This document shows positions 59,901-64,000 of a stretch of DNA of 64,000 nt, in pieces. The DNA is from Mizuhopecten yessoensis (taxonomy: Eukaryota): positions 130,922 through 194,921 of the forward strand of contig NW_018408909.1 in NCBI RefSeq assembly GCF_002113885.1. Reading direction: 5' to 3'. Numbering within the stretch: position 1 is the first letter of the stretch; every line of letters starts with the position of its first letter. The position numbers and the translations under genes were made by a program. A model generated the notes under the pieces. It was not told the DNA's origin. It did no database searches and was given only the letters and a program-made list of their open reading frames with translations.

Positions 59901-62833
59901 TGAGGGAGTACCTTTACACTCCCCATACTTTGCCAAGCTGTGGTACGAGATATACCACTCGGAGGTTTGTAGTCATCTTCTCGTTACCCACCATAGTTGG
60001 ATGTATTGAATTCAAAAAGTTCAAAAGTCTACAAGTTTGCAAAATCTTCATTATTCTGTTTGAGGGTCAGAACACTGCTGTTAAAAGCAATAAAAAGATA
60101 AATAGTAATGCCATCAAAGCTTCCTCCTCTTCCGAGTATTGAAATAGCAGAAGAGCTTTCATGTATATATATGCAGTGTTTAAAACAGAAAAATTGTATT
60201 AAAATGAAATAGTTTTGGTGTACAGGATCCAGAGAAGAAAGGAAATTCTAAATAGTACTACAGTAAATATACATTATTTTGTTAACAGGTGGACAGAAAT
60301 TGTATCAATATCCTGTGCAATAGTAACATATTTATAGAGTATGTGGATTCGGTGCTACTGGATGAGCGGCTCTCGCTCAGCAATCACAATATCTACCAGT
60401 TCCTGTGCAATTTCTTCCCAAAGGTGGGTATCTTTTTGAGGCGCTATTTCTGATACTAACTTGGAACACTACAACCTCTGTTCGATCTTGACCTAAAGTA
60501 CTGAAATATAAGTTCACGAGCATAGCTTAGTTGCTGTTTCATTTGTAGACTTTCATCTTGAGATTGTACTGTGTCGCACACCAAAATGTGAACATCACAA
60601 CCATACTGAAATACTTATTTCTAGGCCACATTATCTTGATGCCAGATACATGTAGGGTATCTACACTTGAGAAAGCTCATGGGTGAAAGTATTTTCTTCA
60701 AATACAGTGCTCTTGAATATCTTGGACAAGTCAGCTATAAATCAAAAACATTCACAGATAAAAATGACTATTGTCTGTTATATGCTTGTTAATAATGCAT
60801 CACAACATTGGAGAGAGAAAAATGGGAGGAAACAAACTTATTCATGGATTACCTTTTTTTCATCATATTCATGTGCTAAACCTGTTAGAAACCAAGTCAT
60901 GCATTTTCTTTAATACCAAATTTATGGTGAATTTGTAATCAGGAAGAGGGTGGTTAATGTGAGCCTTGCTCACTTCCTCTAGTTCTTTAGTATTAAAGAT
61001 TAATGATAATAAGGTGTATAGGTTTGGCCTAGTAATGACAGAAAAGTCAATAGTGATGTGGAAATATTCCTGCTTTGTTTCAGGTATTCCAACAGGTGCT
61101 AAACGATCAAGGGAGATCACTCTTGGACAGTCTGGTGGCATCTGTGACAGCAGAAAAAGCTGCCGCTGAAAATATTAGATCAGAAAGAGATTTCCTAAAC
61201 ATCTGCTATAGAATTAATGGGGTAAGCAAAGTGAATGTAGTATTCTACTTCAGAGACATTTTTAATTAAGTACATGTAGAATAACTAACCAATGTCATCT
61301 ACCTTTGTTATATTCCAAACTGTTGTATCGGAGTAGGATTAGACTTAGTGGTTCAGTATTGTTTTTGTAATGTTGAGTTAATCATTCATTTAAATTGTCT
61401 TCCCCTGTTATTTTCACAGAACTTCCTTTTGCTTCCAATGAGCTATGAAACCGTTGCAGCATTTTTCTGTGACAAAGTATATGTTGTTAGAAATAGACAA
61501 ATAGACAAATGATCTAATGAAAAGGACCCCTTTCAACAGTTAAAAGTTCATTGAAATACATGTAAGGTAAAGAACATGCTGTTTTGTTCCCAGGATCTGC
61601 GTACTATGCTCCTGATATTCTCAGTACAGCCTCCTAAGCAGCTGAACTCTCTCCTGGTGGATAGTTTACAGTATATCCTCCAGGTGTGTCGCCAGCATCA
61701 GCACCAGCGTGCAGCTGACACATCACAGCGATCTGTAACCCGCAAGCGTTCAGGCTCACAGGGTGACAGTGGGGAAGAGGAGGAGGCCACAGAGGAAATA
61801 TCTGGTAAGAAAATTGGTGACACATTAAAATAAAGACATTGATTCATGGAATTGAAGACGAGTGTAATTGTTGCAATGTTTTTGAAGTGTCGTGATCATG
61901 AAATTCTCCAGGACTAAAATACAGATACCATAATTATCCTCTTGGTGACTATGACAAGATATAGTGTTGTAAAATAATACTATCAATTTTTCAGGTGAAA
62001 CATCTGCGAAGAAACAAAAATTATCTTGTGAAACATCTGAAGAATTGGTCAAGAATTCTACTGAATCTGAGAAATCCACATCATTTACGTCTAATGAGGA
62101 TCAGAGCTCTGGCAAGGTAGACAATGAATCAACCCATGAAAATGCCATCTCTGAGGGTGCTAACCAGTCAAAATCTGATTCTAGTCAGTCAGAGTCTGCC
62201 GAGAAGTCAGAGTCTGCCGAGATGTCGGAGTCCGAGTCTGCCGAGAAGTCGGAGTCCGAGTCTGCCGAGAAGGAGAAGTCAGAGTCTGCCGAGAAGGAGA
62301 AGTCCGAGTCTGCAGAGAAGAAGTCAGAGTCTGCAGAGCAGGAGAAGTCTGAGCCCTGTGCGGACAGCACAAATAAGGAGGACAGTGACCAGGATTCTGA
62401 TGTGGTGATTGTGATCCCGTCGGAGGAGGACAAACCTATTGTGGACAACAAGTCTGATGTTGAAAGTAAATCTGATACAGACAATAAGTCTAGCATAGAA
62501 AGCAAACTTGATGTTGAAAGTAAATCTGATACAGACGATAAGTCTAGCATAGAAAGCAAACTTGAAACAGAGGATGTCATGGTTAAGGAACAAAAGACCG
62601 AGGAAATCGAGATACAATCCAAGGATCAGGATGAGGCAATGAAAGATTGTGAGGAACCAGAGCCAGGTCCTTCTGGTCACTGTCGTAATGACAGTCAAGA
62701 ACCCTCAAGTGGCGAGTCACGACAGAGTTCCAGTGATGAAATGCCACGATCACGAGAGCGCCCAACCATTGTGGACTATGTAGCCAAGCATATAGAGCAT
62801 ATCATTTGCTCTTACGGAAAAGTGGTGAAGTGA
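11955..62833 (+). CDS. USP34: Ubiquitin carboxyl-terminal hydrolase 34, whole gene span: 77 coding exons, ~3743 aa
   Basis: Hand-spliced exons are phase-consistent throughout and match recalled USP34 motifs (MCxxC start, RQCxCCFK, KSEKNMADF, WAEKEL, NYILADH, MYHEATACHV). USP Cys box GLTNLGATCYM (Cys codon 41518-41520), His box VHTGTADGGHYYSF (His 45180-45182), FND (Asp 45508-45510). Confidence 0.97.
12431..12849 (-). mobile_element. TRIM-like non-autonomous LTR element with tRNA-like LTRs
   Basis: Two ~166-bp direct repeats (12431-12595, 12683-12849). Minus strand shows PBS-like TGGCGTTGACC from 12682 and PPT GAAAAAGGGGGGAATAG abutting the other repeat; outer ends TG...CA; A/B-box-like motifs inside the repeats. 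Confidence 0.82.
13760..14401. mobile_element. Foldback/Mutator-like MITE with subterminal 21-bp repeats
   Basis: GTTTCGGTACTT repeats on the left, inverted AAGTACCGAAAC repeats on the right; 11-bp direct repeat CAAAGTTTTTG at 13749-13759 and 14402-14412. Confidence 0.82.
14661..14748 (+). CDS. USP34: USP34 exon 2
   Basis: (Y)EERCQ...VWPQ(R); AG/GT; phase 1 to 2 fits both neighbours. Confidence 0.85.
15180..15570 (+). CDS. USP34: USP34 exon 3 (GC donor)
   Basis: QCMCCFK...YKHVVHPSRE then GCAAGT. Confidence 0.88.
15880..15930 (+). CDS. USP34: USP34 exon 4
   Basis: DHSQQEISALNSYCEIS. Confidence 0.9.
16396..17178 (+). mobile_element. Degenerate Helentron-associated (HINE/pearl-like) element
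   Basis: T-run plus subTIR TGTGTCGCCTG 16400-16410, inverted copy CAGGCGACACA 17146-17156, then short hairpin TTTAC-tctg-GTAAA and TTCTTG end. Confidence 0.65.
18948..20181 (+). mobile_element. Degenerate HINE-like element
   Basis: Start TTTTTAGCTCACTGGTCCAAAGGACC..GAGCTT resembles the element at 28961; diverged internal repeats; 3' end (CTCTTGTT) uncertain. Confidence 0.55.
20364..20513 (+). CDS. USP34: USP34 exon 5
   Basis: DPEVPLFLL...GTPDTLPF...LIAN. Confidence 0.95.
20757..20824 (+). CDS. USP34: USP34 exon 6
   Basis: LRLWMNIPTVMQYIIPLRTAVI. Confidence 0.95.
21877..22069 (+). CDS. USP34: USP34 exon 7
   Basis: YMCKLSDKDLR...LDLAFKYF...AQIN. Confidence 0.95.
22812..22870 (+). CDS. USP34: USP34 exon 8
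   Basis: NQINLYNESCNNETLLDAD. Confidence 0.92.
23211..23289 (+). CDS. USP34: USP34 exon 9
   Basis: WLLDNKIIEHIFGPNLHVE. Confidence 0.95.
23872..23964 (+). CDS. USP34: USP34 exon 10
   Basis: LIKQSQLILN...HIDCVWASSQ. Confidence 0.95.
24407..24532 (+). CDS. USP34: USP34 exon 11
   Basis: LKHCSKQVY...SALEPTSHTES. Confidence 0.95.
24793..24928 (+). CDS. USP34: USP34 exon 12
   Basis: TLYLASALIKCIWN. Confidence 0.92.
25256..25344 (+). CDS. USP34: USP34 exon 13
   Basis: EGKAGKHEMSSSE...CCNK; supplies the phase 1 to 0 change needed between exons 12 and 14. Confidence 0.78.
25505..26320 (+). CDS. USP34: USP34 exon 14 (acidic/His/Gln-rich)
   Basis: 816-nt GC-richer open frame with AG and GTAAGT boundaries. 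Confidence 0.88.
26589..26767 (+). CDS. USP34: USP34 exon 15
   Basis: ESIESD...EIFDCSSFI. Confidence 0.85.
27231..27361 (+). ncRNA. Intronic box C/D sno/scaRNA, U6-antisense, copy 1
   Basis: Terminal stem TGTCC/GGACA; box C GTGATGA 27237-27243; box D CTGA 27353-27356; C'-like GTGACGA; CATCCTTGCGCA (27247-27258) complementary to U6 snRNA. Confidence 0.88.
27797..28023 (+). CDS. USP34: USP34 exon 16
   Basis: KSEKNMADFEGE...QQHLSSLASMYH. Confidence 0.95.
28263..28384 (+). CDS. USP34: USP34 exon 17
   Basis: DDVCGKGNTLLWDLVQEE. Confidence 0.93.
28651..28868 (+). CDS. USP34: USP34 exon 18
   Basis: LPEGLAMEAEK...SVVVSLRLL...THHVT. Confidence 0.95.
28961..30812 (+). mobile_element. HINE (non-autonomous Helentron, pearl/DINE-1-like) carrying ~11 tandem 146-bp repeats
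   Basis: T-run, subTIR GCTCACCTG, hairpin GGCCCGAAGGGCC, GTCC microsatellite, TCAAGGTCAC every 145-147 bp, 3' GGTGAGC, palindrome AGGCCC-att-GGGCCT and CTTGTTT end. Confidence 0.9.
30959..31057 (+). CDS. USP34: USP34 exon 19
   Basis: WAEKELHMMSHFFINLVYY. Confidence 0.95.
31407..31489 (+). CDS. USP34: USP34 exon 20
   Basis: YCHKEQVQVRLDFLTCVFSAMGSPD. Confidence 0.95.
31804..31934 (+). ncRNA. Intronic box C/D sno/scaRNA, U6-antisense, copy 2
   Basis: Same stem, boxes and guide as copy 1. Confidence 0.88.
32263..32401 (+). ncRNA. Intronic box C/D sno/scaRNA, U6-antisense, copy 3
   Basis: Same stem, boxes and guide; 8-nt duplication (TCTGACCT) in the first hairpin. Confidence 0.82.
32717..32847 (+). 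ncRNA. Intronic box C/D sno/scaRNA, U6-antisense, copy 4
   Basis: Same stem, boxes and guide; compensatory changes in the 3' hairpin. Confidence 0.88.
33113..33267 (+). CDS. USP34: USP34 exon 21
   Basis: LNLEQVDTLW...WFLNQ...FLEK. Confidence 0.95.
33605..33721 (+). CDS. USP34: USP34 exon 22
   Basis: MPQLKPESMSMIGLNLFQ. Confidence 0.95.
34001..34186 (+). CDS. USP34: USP34 exon 23
   Basis: VCGMDQLW...NSYYIN...LEKEEEF. Confidence 0.95.
34433..34636 (+). CDS. USP34: USP34 exon 24
   Basis: HLEAFRKRYAYHLR...QPAGMTDK. Confidence 0.95.
35064..35315 (+). CDS. USP34: USP34 exon 25
   Basis: VAELRAEVTRW...FKDMQ. Confidence 0.95.
35810..35998 (+). CDS. USP34: USP34 exon 26
   Basis: LVFVSVGA...SCLPAP...QEPHF. 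Confidence 0.95.
36299..36663. mobile_element. MITE-like element with ~20-bp TIRs
   Basis: CACGTATCCCGGTTGAAACGGT ... ACCGTTTCAACCGGATACGCG with extra TTCAACCG subrepeats on the right; no TSD seen. Confidence 0.7.
36724..36852 (+). CDS. USP34: USP34 exon 27
   Basis: LSRKVWELLMLLPT. Confidence 0.93.
37205..37327 (+). CDS. USP34: USP34 exon 28
   Basis: WDTLLAPNAPHKLMYSLQIVEAL. Confidence 0.92.
37582..37668 (+). CDS. USP34: USP34 exon 29
   Basis: MRTGAGDS...EIWSQK. Confidence 0.82.
37994..38093. repeat. Perfect 45-bp inverted repeat with 10-nt loop
   Basis: Arms 37994-38038 and 38049-38093 are exact reverse complements. Confidence 0.97.
38272..38358 (+). CDS. USP34: USP34 exon 30
   Basis: FITKGGLKHLLSIFKSGVL. 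Confidence 0.93.
38650..38823 (+). CDS. USP34: USP34 exon 31
   Basis: WNQECLAYLLRLISQF...IPRLNQ. Confidence 0.93.
39122..39242 (+). CDS. USP34: USP34 exon 32
   Basis: STLSMLNIE...TGTWGRAE. Confidence 0.92.
39443..39567 (+). CDS. USP34: USP34 exon 33
   Basis: VHYSWLFLVSWA...WLRRLTLDAPE. Confidence 0.93.
39709..39867 (+). CDS. USP34: USP34 exon 34
   Basis: PFVRREACMGLYRLCLG. Confidence 0.93.
40037..40147 (+). CDS. USP34: USP34 exon 35
   Basis: GPGCRDYFWLVCRFVD. Confidence 0.92.
40521..40697 (+). CDS. USP34: USP34 exon 36
   Basis: EEDDGVIGLLNL...SPEGQ. Confidence 0.93.
40801..40984 (+). CDS. USP34: USP34 exon 37
   Basis: LFALPS...PKCKS...AYDLLVE. Confidence 0.95.
41426..41589 (+). CDS. USP34: USP34 exon 38 (USP Cys box)
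   Basis: WDYWPHED...GYVGLTNLGATCYMA. Confidence 0.97.
41834..42463 (+). mobile_element. HINE element spanning an assembly gap (N 42200-42281)
   Basis: TTTTTAGGTCACCTGAG start, (CGTC) microsatellite, 3' CTCAGGTGACC, palindrome AGGCCC-tt-GGGCCT and CTTGTTT end. Confidence 0.88.
42638..42703 (+). CDS. USP34: USP34 exon 39
   Basis: ELKKMFAYLQ. Confidence 0.93.
42783..42923. repeat. Short tandem duplication, ~60-bp unit, ~2.3 copies
   Basis: TGTTTATGAACTTT occurs three times; TTTGCCTTCCTTTAATGTCAAATATGCAATGCT twice. Confidence 0.85.
43048..43194 (+). CDS. USP34: USP34 exon 40
   Basis: ESERKAYNPRSFCK...EQKDMTEFF. Confidence 0.97.
43527..43583 (+). CDS. USP34: USP34 exon 41
   Basis: VKSLFGGILTNNVVSL. 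Confidence 0.95.
43927..44004 (+). CDS. USP34: USP34 exon 42
   Basis: DCPHVSRTLEEFYTVRCQV. Confidence 0.95.
44240..44334 (+). CDS. USP34: USP34 exon 43
   Basis: ESLDEVT...LEGDNMYTCSKC. Confidence 0.95.
44515..44684 (+). CDS. USP34: USP34 exon 44
   Basis: ACFKRLPRIL...KVNTHFSFP. Confidence 0.96.
45064..45238 (+). CDS. USP34: USP34 exon 45 (USP His box)
   Basis: YELTGVTVHTGTADGGHYYSFIRD. Confidence 0.96.
45495..45573 (+). CDS. USP34: USP34 exon 46
   Basis: YLFNDAEVKPFD...ECFGGEMT. Confidence 0.96.
45845..45898 (+). CDS. USP34: USP34 exon 47
   Basis: SKTYDSVTDKFMDFSFEK. Confidence 0.96.
46244..46372 (+). CDS. USP34: USP34 exon 48
   Basis: TNSAYMLFYER. Confidence 0.95.
46534..46598 (+). CDS. 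USP34: USP34 exon 49
   Basis: WIWQDNMHFLQDKNIFEHTYF. Confidence 0.95.
46914..47043 (+). CDS. USP34: USP34 exon 50
   Basis: FIWQICGYIP...STSFVLETLIHAKEK. Confidence 0.95.
47455..47601 (+). CDS. USP34: USP34 exon 51
   Basis: PTMLQWIELLTKQFN...ILIKCPNQMVRQ. Confidence 0.96.
47810..47892 (+). CDS. USP34: USP34 exon 52
   Basis: MFQRLLIHVI...LYLQP. Confidence 0.94.
48134..48212 (+). CDS. USP34: USP34 exon 53
   Basis: ELGTKSCVTRFIKKMLTI. Confidence 0.92.
48487..48783 (+). mobile_element. Short degenerate HINE-like remnant
   Basis: TTTTTATGCC start, inverted GGCATA near the end, internal GTAGGTCACTGTGACCTAC palindrome. Confidence 0.5.
48950..49114 (+). CDS. USP34: USP34 exon 54
   Basis: EHGVRPHSKYLTEYFAFLLEFAKMG. 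Confidence 0.95.
49362..49541 (+). CDS. USP34: USP34 exon 55
   Basis: LEKMITLIALLVEKSRSE...GGK. Confidence 0.95.
50156..50260 (+). CDS. USP34: USP34 exon 56
   Basis: GFPFM...INVRQTCNLIFSLCR. Confidence 0.95.
50534..50578 (+). CDS. USP34: USP34 exon 57
   Basis: IVTMVFSAIKKLSIE. Confidence 0.9.
50865..50969 (+). CDS. USP34: USP34 exon 58
   Basis: PFFKLMSMLVEFGGGPPGLPPF. Confidence 0.95.
51044..51250. mobile_element. Kolobok-like MITE (TTAA TSD, GG termini)
   Basis: TTAA|GGATCCC ... GGGATCC|TTAA with imperfect ~17-bp TIR extension. Confidence 0.65.
51393..51540 (+). CDS. USP34: USP34 exon 59
   Basis: CLEWM...RNKLASHWLL...NNVRVRN. Confidence 0.95.
52118..52215 (+). CDS. USP34: USP34 exon 60
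   Basis: LLVSLVPSNHFRQ. Confidence 0.93.
52415..52447 (+). CDS. USP34: USP34 exon 61 (33-nt mini-exon)
   Basis: ISTEGIVVLHQ; strong polypyrimidine tract and GTAAGA donor. Confidence 0.85.
52768..52902 (+). CDS. USP34: USP34 exon 62
   Basis: RAKVYAD...HGTTKL...EKLM. Confidence 0.95.
53281..53364 (+). CDS. USP34: USP34 exon 63
   Basis: YFGDLWQLFQPRL...HNKQ. Confidence 0.95.
53829..53935 (+). CDS. USP34: USP34 exon 64
   Basis: ALLYFWYQVCQDCPENI...IAYNYI(L). Confidence 0.95.
53896..55247 (+). repeat. 54-bp minisatellite, 25 units, made from the exon 64 3' end plus its 5' splice site
   Basis: Unit ATCCCCACGTCTGTAAACAGATAGCGTACAACTACATTCT|GTAAGTAGTGGTTC; the first unit overlaps the exon; span 1350 bp = 25 x 54. 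Confidence 0.98.
55461..55646. mobile_element. Degenerate Tc1/mariner-type MITE remnant
   Basis: CTGTATATCGGGGAAA ... TTTTCCAGTATACAG imperfect inverted ends; TA TSD not intact. Confidence 0.4.
55700..55877 (+). CDS. USP34: USP34 exon 65
   Basis: ADHEDQEVVMFNR...HQNIQWAFKNI. Confidence 0.96.
56198..56355 (+). CDS. USP34: USP34 exon 66
   Basis: AVEELFKIM...WQTLI. Confidence 0.94.
56734..56812 (+). CDS. USP34: USP34 exon 67
   Basis: ALKVLIDTTDDRLL...MITE. Confidence 0.92.
57208..57334 (+). CDS. USP34: USP34 exon 68
   Basis: FNTLHVMYHEATACHVTGD. Confidence 0.95.
57644..57766 (+). CDS. USP34: USP34 exon 69
   Basis: WKDRMEFVKKLLTLLNSYTPPE. Confidence 0.92.
58106..58210 (+). CDS. USP34: USP34 exon 70
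   Basis: VLREMIL...HTVVPIL...SNLP. Confidence 0.92.
58468..58589 (+). CDS. USP34: USP34 exon 71
   Basis: MGPYFP...KSNIRPPRP. Confidence 0.94.
58873..59103. mobile_element. PIF/Harbinger-like MITE (GGCC termini, CTG TSD)
   Basis: CTG|GGCCTGTATTCGTAAA ... TTTAAGAATTTAGGCC|CTG. Confidence 0.6.
59349..59472 (+). CDS. USP34: USP34 exon 72
   Basis: GVDDMYD...PYH...LLCRVAVN. Confidence 0.94.
59885..59964 (+). CDS. USP34: USP34 exon 73
   Basis: AMVAIEGVPLH...KLW. Confidence 0.93.
60289..60423 (+). CDS. USP34: USP34 exon 74
   Basis: CINILC...FIEYV...LLDER...FFPK. Confidence 0.93.
61084..61221 (+). CDS. USP34: USP34 exon 75
   Basis: VFQQVLND...RING. Confidence 0.88.
61594..61804 (+). CDS. USP34: USP34 exon 76
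   Basis: DLRTMLLIFSVQPPK. Confidence 0.9.
61995..62833 (+). CDS. USP34: USP34 exon 77 (terminal; Ser/Glu/Lys-rich, internally repeated)
   Basis: Phase-1 acceptor TCAG|GT, open frame to TGA at 62831-62833. Confidence 0.88.
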
Positions 62834-64000
62834 ATATAGGGTCAGTTGTTTAAGTCTTTCTTATATTCCTCATAGCATTACAGTATGCTACTTTAAAATA
62901 GGGCTATGATTTATATTTTCCATTTTGGGAAGATGCATTGTCAAGCCAGTTTTTTCCTCTTGTGTATGAGCATTACTGTGTCTGTTCCTAGTGAATCAGT
63001 AGAATGTTTAATTATGAGCTTAGCATTATTTGCTGCCAGCATCTGTTATTCGAGATATGAATGTGTTTGTTGGCGAGATCAAATGAGTAGTTGTATCAGA
63101 TGTGATACTGCTGTAAGTGTGAATGTTTTAGTTGGTGTGAAATGGCTGTCCTCAAAAGTCACTTGACTTGTAAAGCATTGTTCCACTGCTAAGCTTGTCA
63201 GCTGTCTTTGTGATTCAAGGTTGTGAGTTTACTGCGAGCTGTTAGTATTTGTCACCAAGCTATTTGCTGAATAATGTATGGTGTAAAAAAAAAATATGCA
63301 TTTATTTTGTGTCTGTTTGTCTGATGTTATCAGATGTGAATTCATTCTCAGTGTACCACATGCTACAACATTTTCTACTTTCATTCGGCTTGAGATTAGT
63401 CCTACCGTCAGTATTATAAAGTGCACGATTGAATTTGCTTTCATTTATCATGTTCCATACATTTTGACCTATGAATTAGATATGTATATTCGTGAAAAGT
63501 GGACAGGCCTACTGGTAAGCCTTGGAAAAGTCTTCCAAGGCATAAATTAAGTTTTACATTTAAAGAAGAAAAGAGTACTTGTACTTGTTTGAATTAAGTA
63601 TACACTCATAAATGTGTATATTACGTAAACTGTATTAAATATTAGACAAGTTCTGTAAGTCTGTTCCATAGATCCAGCAGATCAGCTAACAGCACTATAG
63701 TGTCCCCAACTTTTTAGGGAAAGGGTTCTTAGAAGAAAGTCAAAATTAATAAGGATGACTACTGATTTGGTCAAATGTGTTTTAGTTCAGACCATTTGTA
63801 TGGTTGTTTCATCAAAACCAAAAGTCCATGTGCCTGAAATTTTCATCCCGGTCTGGAGCTTACCAAGTGCTCCATTAGTCCGACTAGATTTATGGAATAC
63901 ATACTGGAGCTTGTTTTTTGGATTGGCTAGTAAACTTCACCAGATGATAAACATGTGATGTTGTTGATGCTTCTGCCGCAGACACTGTTATGATACCTTG

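Noticed and set aside
62124-62765. Alternative-frame and antisense ORFs over the last exon
   Set aside because: Result from low-complexity coding repeats; only the frame ending at 62833 fits the splice phase

Overview
AT-rich animal genomic DNA with spliceosomal introns. The repeat types (HINE/pearl-like elements, composite tRNA-SINE, TRIM) suggest a mollusc, probably a bivalve; this is inference. There are two protein genes, both on the + strand. (1) An intronless 687-aa BED-finger/hAT (ZBED1-like) gene at 5893-7956 whose transposase catalytic motifs are degenerate. (2) A complete USP34 deubiquitinase gene, which I traced by hand as 77 coding exons from 11955 to 62833. All splice phases are consistent, giving 11232 nt and about 3743 aa, with one GC-AG intron. 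USP34 introns contain four copies of a ~131-nt box C/D RNA with a 12-nt antisense element to U6 snRNA, three of them in a single intron. They also contain a miniature LTR element with tRNA-like LTRs, a 25-copy 54-bp array built from an exon end plus its 5' splice site, several MITE/HINE elements and a perfect 45-bp hairpin. Three minisatellites (21/18, 43 and 34 bp) and a composite SINE lie in the first 11 kb. All homology calls come from recalled sequences and motifs, not from database searches.
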